Notes under the pieces: model-generated
The model's database searches: none
The model's input: only the letters and a program-made list of their open reading frames with translations
What the model was told of the DNA's origin: nothing
Program-made: the position numbers and the translations under genes
Shown here: one piece after another, positions 1 to 12,234 of the stretch
Layout of the letters: every line of letters starts with the position of its first letter
Numbering within the stretch: position 1 is the first letter of the stretch
Assembly: GCA_002256025.1 (NCBI GenBank)
Contig: NKIB01011255.1
Location: 62,001 to 90,460 of the forward strand
Length of the DNA stretch: 28,460 nt
Reading direction: 5' to 3'
Source of the DNA: Asterionella formosa
Taxonomy: Eukaryota

Positions 1-497
1 CATTTGGAATTAAAGAATAATTTGATGGTTCCTTGAGGTCACTGATTCCAATTTAGTTTTGAGCGATTTTAAAATGGGTTGTCAAGGCAAGCAACAGCAA
101 ACATCTTAGAATTACAAAGAAGAATGCACTGGACATTGCTTAGTTCTGAGAAGGAGGAATAAACCATGACAAGTTTGATGAACCTCAAAACTACTAAGGA
201 AGATAATTAAAGCTAGAATATCATTATAAACATACATTAGTAAGTGGAAAGGATTGGTAAGTTCATTTATATAGCACCATCATGAATCATATGTGTTTGA
301 GAACAAGTATCTTCATTGCTTTGGTCCACCCTTGTGAACTTTTGCAACAAGTATGTCAAAGTATGTATGGCCAATAGTTGAGAACAAAATGCAATGCATT
401 CAAGATTTTAATTGCCTTTCTTTTTTCCTTCCTCCAAAGATGTTTACAAACAGAAATTATAGAGGTAGATCAATTATGATGAGCACACTCAATTTCA

Positions 498-531
498 GAA
501 AATGAATTTGCGTTGAAAATGAATTTGCGTT
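498..531. repeat. Exact 17-bp tandem duplication GAAAATGAATTTGCGTT x2
   Basis: Read directly at 498-514 and 515-531. Confidence 0.9.
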
Positions 532-1327
532 GGTACATGTACCTGTTTCAACAAACAATAAAGGAGGACCCACATTCCCCGTAACATCATCCTTGTATCC
601 TTGATTGATGCAAGGCATTCTCTTGTTGACACGATAATAAATCGTCTCAATTCCAAGTCTCTCTTATCAATTGTTTCATTTCAAATTACTTCTAAATGGA
701 TCATATCCTTCTTGTACTTTTTGTTGAAACCTGTAGGTATCTTTCTCCTTTCCTGTTTTTGTTGAAACTTGTAGACAGTATTCACCTTGGCAAGCTTTTG
801 GCAATTCTGACAAATTGACTCTTCATGTTCAGACATGGGCATTGGATTTATGCTGACAGGCAAGGATTACCTACAGTGCCTTCCTTTCTTGTTAGTCTTG
901 TTATCATGCGTCGTTTTTCTTCCTCTTTGTTCTCCCTTTGTCACTGAAAATCAATTGCAAGTTTCCAACAATCTTATGGAACATGGAACGAATGGTACTA
1001 CCTGTCACCAAGAGCATCTGGGACTCAATGAGGAAGGCATTGCTGGTTGATCATAGTAATAACAAGGCATTGATGGTGAAGGCAGATCAAACAATGACTA
1101 ACAGAGGTATCATCATGGTGAGTGAAGCAATCGAGTGTGAGGCTGTGGCTCAGTGTATGTTGCATGTATTTGTCAAGAGATTCATGATGATTAATTATTA
1201 ACAAGTGGAATGTTCATTCATATATTTAATGGAGAGAAAAGGAACGACATCAACTAGGACGACTCTACTTTGATGTGTGCAAAATAAATAATGGGTTGTG
1301 CTAAATTTTACAACATAGAACCAGCCA

Positions 1328-1461
1328 CTGGTACAACGGGCCTGTGCGTGCATGATGTACCGGTACTTTGGGGGCGCACCAAGCCATAATTTGGATCGAA
1401 GTGCTGTATCCTACCGGTCGGTACATCGAATGGTACTTGGTACTGGTACCGGGTACACCAG
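1328..1461. repeat. GGTAC/GTACC-rich low-complexity cluster
   Basis: Repeated TGGTAC, GTACCGGTAC and GGTACTTGGTACTGGTACCGGGTACACC motifs. Confidence 0.7.
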
Positions 1462-1959
1462 GAACGAGGGTCTGTTGTGAGAGACCGCATGTTCATCAAT
1501 CTGGTTCCTATTGGTAGTTGACTATCGCCCATACACACATGATACTTACGTAATTTGCATCGAAGTGCATAAACACAGATTCCATCCCGACAACTGCTAC
1601 ATTAATGCCACGAGAAAACAACTACCAGAAGGAAACGGCCGTTCGTCCAGTATTCCCCTCAAATGATCAAACCACTCCAAGTTCAAGATAGAAGTCTTAG
1701 AACTGGGAATGAACGGAACTTCAGGCCTACCGGTACTGTCCGAACATTTCTACGAAAATCAGCGTAAGTGTCCAGTAGATGTCTGATGATGCATGTCCTC
1801 TCCGCAAACGTGATATTGTGCATTGACATCAAGCCATGAGCAACTCAGTTTTAACTAATACATAGTTCACAATAAAGTAAAACATTTCTTAGTTGGCTTT
1901 GAAATCCGATTTCTCGTGGATGGATTAAGTGTAGAAGGACGGAGGGAGACAATGATTGG

Positions 1960-3788
1960 TTACGTCGATTTTTTTGTAGGTTTTTTTTTTTTGGTAGGCA
2001 TTCTTGTTGGCATCGCAGATGGTCTGGATGTTGTAGGAGCAGGAGTGGGTGTAGGCTTCAAGGTGACTAAAGTTGCACCTGGGCAAGTTGAGCCCTGACT
2101 GTTTAAGCCAACTGAAAGGGTCACATACTTAGGGCTTGTTAAAGTGGCATTTACCATGTCACATGCTTCGATTCGGTAAGTGTCAATGACAATAAACTGC
2201 TTTGCTGAGAGTGATGCCACCATATTTGAAATCGACTTGGTGGTAGCGGCTGTTACAATCGTAATCATGTTTGCCTTTTCCTTTACTTGAAAGTTGGAAC
2301 CCTTGGCAAGATTGTACTGAATGAAATACAGATTGCCAACCACAATGAGAACATATTCGTTGCGACTTGTCGATGCCTGGGTATAGTCAATGAAGCCCAC
2401 AAGTTTGCCAGACCAGGCTCCATTTGATGCTGGATTAACAATTTTTTGCTTGTCCGCATACCAGCCAAGGACATAATTCTTGTGACCATTGAAGCACATG
2501 GCTGGATATCCACTGTAAGGGTAGCCGAAGCCCATAACACAGCTCTGGTCAGCATATTCATTGCCATCTTCACCTGAATGCTGGAGGCCTAAGTTATGTC
2601 TTCAGAAATCAATGAGAATGGTGAAAAATTATCAAGATAAAGATATGAATGAGACTTGGAAGACTCACCCTAGTTCGTGAATGTTGGCACTGAGACTGGC
2701 GCACCTCTCTGTGATAAGGATGCGAGAAATTTAAAACCGAGAAGTGTTGAGCGTTCAGTTTAAATACTTGAGTACATGCTTTTCAGTCAGAAGCTGCACG
2801 TACCATTGTTAAAGTATGAATATTGACCTGGTACATAGGCCCATGCTTGCCAATATTCGGAATTGGACCTTAGGGTACCATGGGGAATGCAAAACATGAT
2901 GTTGGAGAAAATACTGCCAAGCTCAGTAACACCGATTCCCAGTGCGCCCTTGACTCCAATTGTCAATGAGTTTTGGATGTCAGAGAAGTTTTTGTTATTG
3001 ATACTTGTGTTGAGTTGAAGCTCCATCACTCCATTTACGATCTTATTAGGAAATCCACTTGCTGCAACAAACGTTAGCTTCCCAGCCGAGCATGAGCTGT
3101 ACTGAGAGGCTACAGAGTACTGCTGACCTCCAGTACCGAAGGTACCATTTGCAAGGCTTGTCAAAGAGTTTGATTGTAATGAGTTAGGGGCTTTGACAAG
3201 GACGACAAGCAAAGATTTGATTCCAGTGGTCTGTACTACTAAGCGACGGTTACGATTGGCTCGACTTGCAACAAAGTGAATGTCAGCCTTTGGGGGAATA
3301 ATAATGTAGTCAGGTTCGCCAAACTCAGTACGAATGGCAGTACCACCCATGATGCAAATTGTAGACACACCAGAGTCCAGTGTTACCTTGTGTTCATTGA
3401 CAAAAGGTGTTGGAAGGTTGATAGAATACGACATTTCTGACTCTCCGTCACCCTCTTGAGACTGGTCAGTGAGACAGCAGTAACTTGAGACCCCCATACC
3501 GCCAGGTAACAAAACAGCAACAACTGAAACTTGACAGAAGAGACATTCGCCGCTTGCCACTTGAACTCCAGGAGATCCCTGTCATTGTAGTATGGATTAT
3601 AAGGAAATGGTTCAGCATGACTGTGGGGACAAGCAAGGCACAGTTCGCAAAATGCAATCCTACAATGAACGTATTTATTTATTGCGGATTTCAAGGATTG
3701 CAATAATCTTGTAACTTACACGTTGTCGTTTGCCATGAACGGTGGCTACAAGAATGAGTAATCCAGCTGAGAAGAATCTAGCAAGCAT
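1960..3788 (-). CDS. Secreted zinc metalloprotease, gametolysin/peptidase M11-like; 4 exons (3788-3720, 3578-2804, 2708-2669, 2599-1960), 507 aa
   Basis: Manual splicing across three GT-AG introns (141, 95, 69 nt) keeps one frame (1524 nt). The product has a signal peptide (MLARFFSAGLLILVATVHG), a basic RNRRL processing-like site, the metzincin motif HELGHNLGLQHSG followed by EYADQSCVMG (Met-turn), CFNGHKNYVLGWY, and a Pro/Thr-rich tail. Confidence 0.88.
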
Positions 3789-4510
3789 TATGTAATCTTT
3801 TTCTAGTCCTTAATTTTTATGGCAAGATGGCAGAATGTAATCCTCTCGAAATCATCTGGATGTGAAACCATTTTTCAAGTATGCCGGGGTTCACCTCAAC
3901 AAGCATCACTTCGCTCTTTCAGTTCTCAATTTTGATGGGAAGCTATCACAGTTTGAGTTTATCGAAACTGTCAGGGAGCATACTGAGGTTCACGTGGATT
4001 AGTTTCGAACAATCGGAACTACGTTTAGCTAACTTCAATGACATAATTTCCTTTTGCGGAGTTTTGAACGATAATTGAAACCCGTAAATTCCGTGGTGCT
4101 TTTGTCAGAGTATCTATGGCGATCATTTACCCTTCCTCGTGATAGAAATGGTCGGTCACGACACTTCGCTTTTATTTACTTAACGTATGACCGAATCCTG
4201 AAATGCACTTGCTTCGGCTTATTAAAGCAACCTACTTTGCGAGCCAGCTCCGAAAACAGAAATGCCACCTGCTGCTGTTGAGAAGCCGACCCTCATTCAG
4301 TCTTGCTCGCATACCTTTGTAGGGTGACCTTCATACTCTACTTACAATTACTGCGCACTATGTCACCCAGTGACAAGGGGTTCATCCATCATTTATGCCC
4401 CGGAATATTTCATTAGTTGAAATACTTACCGACTGTGTTCACGTTTGTTCCAGTATTTGCCGCCGCGCTTAAGCTTACCTTCACTCGGATAACTAAAGTA
4501 GGAACATGGG

Positions 4511-4600
4511 TGAGCGATTGTTGCTTACGTAAAAAGTAAATGAGCGTTCGGTGCTTAAGTAAAAAGTAAATAAGCGTTCGGTGCTTAAGTTTAAGCAAGA
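4511..4600. repeat. 30-bp tandem repeat, about 2.7 copies
   Basis: TGAGCGATTGTTGCTTACGTAAAAAGTAAA / TGAGCGTTCGGTGCTTAAGTAAAAAGTAAA / TAAGCGTTCGGTGCTTAAGT... Confidence 0.85.
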
Positions 4601-5049
4601 TGTCAGTTTCCTGCTTAAGATAAAAGTTTCCTCGGTGGGAAGGCCGGCGTGCATACATTTTACCCTGCCGGCCCATCCAAAAGGACGTCAACGTATAACG
4701 CCTTTAGTTGCTGCGGCGAATTTTGAAACGTGTATCAAAAACTCACTCTTTCATGTGAACAAGCACGTTTTCCGTATGTCCCAGGTTCCGTATATTTTAG
4801 TGTTCTTGGAAAGATTAAGCTAAATATCTCGATTACCGGACCTTCCATGGACCCCCAATGAACACTCCCGTCACTAATTTTATGCAAGGGGTCCGGGAAA
4901 TTTGTTGAGATTTCCCTTTTAATAGACCAAAAGTAGATTTTATTAGCTTTACAGGATGGCGCGTTCCATTCTAATACTTAGTAACATGTTCACTATTGCT
5001 TGCTCGAAAGTGAAACTGAGAAAGGTATTCACCTTGCTAGAAAAATGCG

Positions 5050-5746
5050 ACATCACGGTGCTGTCAATTTTCTACATTGTTCTTAAAATAATAAACCAAA
5101 GAGCAAAGCTTTGTTCTCAGTTTTCATGTAGAGATTCACTATTTTCTTCATGGTTAAGGAAGAGACAACATGATGCAGGATTATCCCGATGCTCACAACC
5201 ACTACCGGTTTACTCTAGTGTTTTGCATGAACAAAAGAATCGCATGCCAGTGGTATTTTACATGATCTAATTCTCCCCAATTAATCCATCTGCTCGTATT
5301 GTACAAGAAAAATGCCAAGTTTTCAATGACCTATGCACATTTGATACTATTTTAGGATGTGATTTGCTTTGTAAAGTTGGTTTCACCATTGATTTTGTAA
5401 ATAACACCATGTCTTGTTGTTTGGATATGATTGTTCCTTTGCATCCTTTCACATTTTTGAATATTGAGAACGTTTACGTGTTCTTATATTTTGATGCGCT
5501 ATTGTTACGGAATTCTCATATGCTCTGGAAATTAAAGTTGCTGAATAAAAATAAGTGGATATTCATGCAGTGGTGGATAAACAAGCTCATTTGAAAACAG
5601 TTCAACGGTCACATCTAGAAACTATAATGTCTAAATATCAAACATTATCTGATGGCAAATCAAAATTTTATCCTCATAAACAGGTATATTTGAAATTATT
5701 ATCAGATGCAATTCACCATCATCAACGAGCATATCCGATGACATGA
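5050..5746 (+). mobile_element. Ty3/gypsy LTR retrotransposon pol remnant, 5' part (aspartic protease to pre-RT linker)
   Basis: Degenerate FDTILGCDLLCKVGFTIDF (retropepsin C-terminal ILGRD motif) and QAHLKTVQRSHLETIMSKYQTLSDGKSKFYPHKQVYLKLLSDAIHHHQRAYP (pre-RT linker); frameshifts and stops present. The 5' boundary is approximate. Confidence 0.8.
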
Positions 5747-5785
5747 TCATGGTGACTCTCTTGAATGAATAATGCTTTTATTTGA

Positions 5786-6415
5786 TTTCAGCCATTTTCG
5801 TCAAGCTCCTTGAGCTTTTTGTTGTATCTGTTGATTCTGCTGATTCTTTCATGTGTTTGTACCTCATTACATACGCTGTAGTTATTGTGTGGCTCAAACT
5901 GCTGGTGCAGACCCAATTCTGATACCAGGATATCGACAAATGAGCTCCTCAATTGAATGATGCATGTTGTTGCATTCCAGTCATTTTTGTCAAGCTCCTT
6001 TGAGTTTCTCGTTTCTGTTGATTCTCTCATGTTTTTGCAGCTCATTGTGTAGGCTGTAGTTATGGAGACCCAATTACGATGCCAGCATATCGACAAATGC
6101 GCTCTTCAATCGAATGCGGGGGCATATTGTTATATTCCAGTAATTTTCATCAAGCTCCTTCAGTTTCTTGTTGTTTCTGTTGAGTCTTTCATGGTTTTGA
6201 AGCTCATTATGTACGCTGCAGTTGATGTGTAGCTCAAGCGCCAGTGCAGAACTTAATCCGATGCCAGCATATCGACAAATGCGCTCTTCAATCGAAAAAG
6301 GGGGCATGTTGTTGTATTCCAGTCATTTTCATCAATCTCCTTGAGTTTCTCGTTGTTTCTGTTGATTCTTTCATATGTTTGTAGCTTATTGCATACAGCG
6401 TAGTGATTTGGTAGC
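5786..6415 (-). repeat. Degenerate 160-190 bp tandem repeat, about 3.5 copies, with coding-like minus strand
   Basis: Units start at about 5786, 5975, 6135 and 6317 (TTCCAGTCATTTT..TCAAGCTCCTT). The minus strand repeats NKKLKELDEN.WN...L.S.FVD.L.S. Confidence 0.85.
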
Positions 6416-6505
6416 AAGAGTGGCCTGATTTGATTGTGCGGCTGTAACTATACATCGCCCTTAATGATGAGAGGCAGGAGGTGGTTATTAGTGCTAATAG
6501 GAATG

Positions 6506-8300
6506 CTTGACTGCATTAGTAGCATCTTTGATTCCATTCAACACTAGCATGTGTAGAAAAGGAATACCAGTTAATTCATCTCCATCGTCATGTGTAAAAC
6601 GTTCTTGACGGGGAAATCAGGCTAACCAATCATTTTCAAATTTCATCGCAATATTTTCTGATGTTTTATTATTGATAAGTGAAAACTTCTGCTAAATTGG
6701 TGACTGTTTCAACACAAGTTAGAGCACGAAATTCAATCGCTTGTGCGGCCACTGTTATCTTCCATGGACCAATTAAATCCACTGCGTCTTCTGTCCATGG
6801 TAATAAATATGCATTCTTTGGTGGAAGTTCACCATAACCAGCACCAAGTAATTATGTGCGCTGAAGTGCTTCACATATGCTTACAGTATGTTCCACTCTT
6901 GCTTTCAATGTGGGATGATAAAAATTCGTAGCAAATGTAGCATTTAATCTTGTCATACCCAAATGAGATGACCTCTGATGATACCAATTAATAAAAGGAT
7001 CCAATAGTAATGTAGGAATGAAAATACGCCAAGTTTCTCCTGGATTCTTCACAAAACATATTAAAAATATATCATGAAAATTGGTAAAAAGAAACTTTAA
7101 AGAATATGTTTGTTGATTGAGAATCAATTGCATATCCAGCAATTTTCTATCATGTTTTAAATTATAATCCAGAGGATATTGAATATTGTATGCCAAAACT
7201 GGATGATTGAGAAAACAGGTAAGCAGAGGTTGATCATCTTATTCAATTGAGAAAGTAGAAGTGAATTTTGATGCTGCAGATTTCGTCCCAATACCATCCC
7301 CCACCAAAGATTCAAGCCTCGGGAGGTGCGAGATGGATTCTGCTATATTATTATCAGTCCCCTTCACATAGTGAAAAGTAGGATGATATTCTTCAATATA
7401 AAGCCTCCACCATAGAACACGTTGAGTGTGTAAAATATTATAAAAAGATTACGACGATCTGTGTGAACATGTAGAACTGCGCCTACTAACATAGAGCGGA
7501 ATTCTTTGAAAGTTTCAACAACAGAAAGTCATTCTTTTTCAATAGTGGTATAATTTTTCTGAGAAGCAGCTAATTTGCTAGAATATCAAGCAACCGGGAG
7601 ATCATTTTGCATTAGTACTGACCCTAATTAATAATCAGAAGCATCAGTAAAAATATGGAAAGTAAAATTATGATTAGGTTAAGACATGAGTGTATCTGCA
7701 ACTAACAATGCTTTCATTTCTTCCAAAGCTTGTTGATGTATAGGTAACCATACAAATGGACCAGTTCCGACTAAGTCCGTGAGTGATCCGAGAACATGAG
7801 AGCGTCAAGGAAACATGTCTCGATAGTCATTAACAGCACCGAGAAACGATCTGACTTGTTTATGATTGGAAGGTACGGAGAAGGCATTTTCATCAATGCT
7901 CTGACCTTTTTAGAACAAGATTTCAGTCCAGTAGGAGTTAACCAATAGCCTAACCAATCTGTCTCTTGGACTGCCCATTCTCCCTTAGATGGATTAATTG
8001 TGAAACCATTTGCATGTTAACAATAAAATATTATCCAACGAATGTAGGTGATCTTTCAAATTCATAGAGAAAAAACCACATCATCAATGTAAATTTCCAC
8101 GTCATCTAAATCACCAAGAACCTGTTCCATGGTATCTTGTGCAATGTCAGATGATTTTTTTACCACATAGCGAGACGTAAATATTTACACAAACCAAATG
8201 GAGTGGAAATAATTCACAAATTTTGATTCTCCACGTCTAATGATATTGCATAGACACATCCAATTTTGTGAAAAATGCATAGACAGCGCGTTTAGTTAGA
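6506..8300 (-). mobile_element. Ty3/gypsy pol remnant, inverted central segment (RT - RNase H - integrase N-terminal and core)
   Basis: Minus-strand FFTKLDVSMQY; MEQVLGDLDDVEIYIDDV (YIDD at 8091-8080); RNase H FHIFTDASDY...KNYTTIEKE...HVHTD; integrase zinc region WYHQRSSHLG...C; core AVDLIGPW. Many stops and frameshifts. Confidence 0.93.
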
Positions 8301-8566
8301 GTAAGATGTGGGCACAGATTAACTCATTAGTGCCAGAATATGGTATACACAGCACACATAAGTCCCCCTATTCTCATTCAAAAGAGAGTATCCACCCTTT
8401 CTTTGCCTTGAAGCGCCCGAAGAATAACGTTTGTTGGGTTGATACTGAGTAGGTTAAGAATTTTTATAACCTAGGCTGTCAATTAGGATGCCAGGAAGCG
8501 CCATGCGGTCTGCCCTACTAACACCACTTGATTAGTCTTAAGGCGCTTAATAAATGAGGTTAACAA

Positions 8567-9075
8567 TACTAATGCAGTCAAGAATCCACAAACTAATGCT
8601 TTCTGTGAATTTTTACGTCAATATATCAGTAACAGTCTACAAGTTATGTTAAGGCTCATCTTCTTATTAATGAATTTCAAGCTAAAGATATCGTGGATAC
8701 ATGTTTTTCTGCTGCATCATATGCAGCTCGAGCTACTATTCATAGTGCATTGAATATTTCGCCAGGAGCATGGGTTTTTCAACGTGATATGACATTAAAT
8801 ATTCCTTTGATATCAGGTTCAGAAATAATATATCAACATCGACATGTGATAATTGACGAACGTTTATGTTGTGATAATTTCTGTTGTCGAGCTTGTGAAA
8901 ACAAAGTGGGTGACGATATTTTAATCCTATTGGATAATCCTACTACTTTGGATGATCTTGGCTGCGGTCCTCATTCTATCATTTAAGTACATGTCAAAGG
9001 CATAGTCACTTTCAACAAACTATGCATATTACAGAACAAATTAATATTTGTCATATCAAAGATTTTCATCATTAA
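8567..9075 (+). mobile_element. Ty3/gypsy integrase C-terminal remnant
   Basis: TNAVKNPQTNAFCE...YAARATIHSALNISPGAWVFQRDM...GPHSII*VHVKG...EQINICHIK (GPY/F-type tail); continues directly from the inverted segment. Confidence 0.88.
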
Positions 9076-9087
9076 ATTTTTCCCCTT

Positions 9088-9269
9088 AGTGTGGGAGAGT
9101 GAGCGATCCCGTGCATCAATACACCAGATGTATATACTAGGGTAAGTGTTATCTCATACATGCTATATATCAGAAATCAATAATAATGAGAGAACTCAAC
9201 TAGCACCTTTTTATACTTTGGTGTCAACTAAGAGAACGAGTTGCATATCAAGACTAAATAGTAAGCTCA
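9088..9269 (+). mobile_element. Putative polypurine tract and start of 3' LTR
   Basis: AGTGTGGGAGAG (9088-9099) follows the integrase end and is followed by TGAGC at 9100. A possible matching GCTCA end lies at 9265-9269. No second LTR is available in the window to confirm. Confidence 0.4.
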
Positions 9270-9871
9270 TATCTTCAACAAATCCTTCTACTTCGAGTTA
9301 GATACTTCACTTTGAATGGGGTAACCCACTATTTCTTGCACACCAGGCAAGACTGCATGGGAAAGTAAGGAGTGTGGGAGTCGAACCTAAAAGGTGATTC
9401 TCAACATACTGTGGGAGTCGAACCACATAACTTCTGATCAAACTGACATAAATGGTTCCTCTCTCCTTCATTAAGATCATTTCTGTAGTTTCATCAACTG
9501 ATTGATTGTCGGAAGCTTCTTCAAAAACTGCTGAAATTTCTCGAATATCAATCATTCTGCATTCTTGTTAATACCCCTGAAGGTACCAAGAATAGTCAGG
9601 AGTAAAATCTCCTTCAAAAAAGGAAAGTGATTTTATCTCCGTAATTTTTGAAACTGCACCAGGTCACATGGTTGTATATGTAGTTCATCAATTTGTTTGT
9701 CAGCTTCTTCGAATACCACATTTTTGTTTCACATTTTAGTTAAGTATAAAAGCAAGCATAATAAAGCCTATATCAGTATAATTACAGAGCAGCAAGGAAT
9801 CCGCTGGTAGGGCAAATACGAAGGTTTCCGGGTTTCGTTTCGGAAAAACTCTCCAAAAAGCCGCCATCGCC

Positions 9872-11039
9872 ATGGCCATAGCTCAATCGAACGCCGGTGG
9901 CCAAGAAGGTCCTGGTAAACAGTAGGCAACATCGTCTAAAACAAAAAGCGCATTTAAAGTAGTTAAAGGAAGCGAAGCAATCACAGGAAAATGCGAAAGG
10001 TAGCTGACATCACTGCATCTAACCACAATCGGGATGATGGGATGATGTTGAACTCACAATGGCATCAAAGAATGGCGCGGGCGAAAGAAACAGCAAAACA
10101 ATACGCTCAGAAAAAGCAGCAAAACATTCTCTCTGCACCAGAACAAGATCCAGAGTTCGTTTCCATCCTCAAGGGGGGGGGGGAGGGAACCGGGAAAAAA
10201 ATCCAGCATACCAAGTGACAACTCCGGTCCCATGAAATTCAACCCAGCAGATCTGGCTGACCATCTCGAAGCGCAAAAGGAAGGAAGGAATTCCATCGAA
10301 GTAATGATGCCACCACCATCTCAGATATCCTCACCTCGTGAATCTAAATCCACTAGATTATTGAACACTCCAGCACTATTAATCATCGATTCAGTAATAA
10401 GATTGCCTACCATGCTTCAGTGGAAAATGAAAGTTTTCGCAACAGTTAAACGACGAAAACTATTGAAGAATTGAAGAAACTGAGAAGGATTTCTGTCATC
10501 ACATCAAAGAGCTGTTAAGCAAGATGCTCTTGGGCGATCCAGCACTCAGATTGCTTCCATTGGAGAAAACAACAGAAGCTATTTCAATCCATGACTTATC
10601 AGGGATGTCAGAGGAGCTTCTCAAGCAATATTTTCTCCAACAAACCGCTCCAAAACAGCAACACATGGATGGTTTTTCACATATTTGCTCCAAACTCACA
10701 AGCGCCCCTTTAGAACAATAAGTATTGCCCTTTCTCAAGTTGGAAAATCTCTATCTGGAAGAGTACTTACCTAAAAATCTTGGGTGAGGTGTAAGTTGGG
10801 TGGTTGTTTGGAAAGAATTGCTTTTTTATCTCAAGTGCAGGAGTCAATTCATGGCTCAACAAGATGTTGGGTAGTACAGCAACAGAACTAGACTACCAAA
10901 TTAGGGTGTAAAGTATATGGTTCCAGAAATTTGGAATTAACTATTTGTTGCATGCTTGGCTTATCAGTGCAAGTCAGAGTACTGCTATGTGCACATATGA
11001 TGCTTTCACTAAGATACTACCCATTTCCAAGAATTCAAT
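9872..11039 (+). pseudogene. Degenerate ORF, probably ORF1 of the LINE whose ORF2 lies at 20200-22450
   Basis: A fragmented reading frame starts at ATG 9872 after a GC-richer leader. It includes DPALRLLPLE...LKQYF...LPFLKLENLYL...VGWLFG, reminiscent of diatom LINE ORF1s (from memory), and is on the same strand as the ORF2 remnant. Confidence 0.45.
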
Positions 11040-11779
11040 GGTGAAATGGCGTCTGCAAATAAAAACTATCATATTTCCTTGATGCATCATAGGATTGTGA
11101 TCATCTGATCATAATATTTTGTTATATCATCTAATAATTTTGATAAATGCCTTTGCAATTTAAATAGTAACCCTTTTGACTACATATATTTAATTATTAT
11201 ATGTATTGTTTCTATTTGATTCCTGTATACAAATTTCTTGGTAGGATAATTTACCAGTTCAAGTTATGTAATTTGGCTTGTCGTTTCCATCCGTCATCAC
11301 TCCGATTTTTGCAACAACAACAAAATACTAGCAATGACAAGCAGAATGAATGTTTGCGATAACGTCTTCAATTTGTTGGTCAAGTGATCATTATATCTTC
11401 GAGTAATTGTCATGTGCAGTGAACCTTTGTTCATAATCATTCAATTAAGAGTTTACAGGAGAGAAGAAATCATTCAAACTCGTAATGGTTCCGCACACAG
11501 GGCACATTGTGAATCTGTTTTGTCGACCACCAGCATGACAAACTCGCCAAGAATCAACTTGTAAACAAACACATTCTACTTGTTCTTGTTGACATTTTCA
11601 ATTCTCACATGATACTACATCTACTATTGAAATTCAGCATAGAAGGAGATACGAAAATGTGCGTAACAGACTACTGTCCACATAGCTATAGATATAGAAT
11701 GATTCTGATTAGAATGCATTTCATTTTCATATCGCTCGCTCGTTTCTGCATTTGGCATACTGTACTTGAATTAACTAAT

Positions 11780-12234
11780 GAACTTGTCCGCATCTTTGAT
11801 ACCATCAAGAGAGCGAAAGCAAGTGGCTCTTTTCATTGTTGTTTGCTTGTAGGAAAAATTTGATATCTGTATCGTCATTTGCTTGTTAGATTTGATATCT
11901 GTATCGTCATTTGCTTGTTGGAATTGTCCGTTGCCTCAAACCTGCTTGGCGTGTGCGTACACACACTGTCGACTTGTTTTCATTGATATGTTGTTCTTGT
12001 ATTCACTGTTGAACTTGTCCGCATCTTTATTAACATCAATAGAGCGACATGTGGGTGCGTCTCTTCATTGTTGTTTGCTCCTGGAAAAGTCGGTGTCCGT
12101 GTCATCCTCATCAATAGAGAGACAAGTTCTTTCGCTGAAAAAAATTGGTACTCTCAGTATCATCATTTGCTCGTTGGAACCACTGTGCGTTGCCTCAAAC
12201 CTGATAAGCGTGTGAGTATGTGCACTGTCGACTT
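11780..12234. repeat. Two diverged ~200-230 bp direct repeats with a nested exact 30-bp duplication
   Basis: GAACTTGTCCGCATCTTT...GTTGCCTCAAACCTG...CACTGTCGACTT occurs at about 11780 and 12011. ATTTGATATCTGTATCGTCATTTGCTTGTT occurs at 11858-11887 and 11890-11919. Confidence 0.85.

Noticed and set aside
1..1300. Possible decayed transposase or gene on the minus strand (LGIETIYYRVNKR...GPPLLFVET followed by GT)
   Set aside because: Too fragmented; no diagnostic motif I can name with confidence.
8318..8563. Possible TIR pair TTAACTCATT / AATGAGGTTAA around the 250-bp spacer
   Set aside because: Short, imperfect and without a target-site duplication.
9307..9750. Short minus-strand ORF MIDIREISAVFEE...
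   Set aside because: No recognisable family; lies between TE remnants and is probably decayed sequence.
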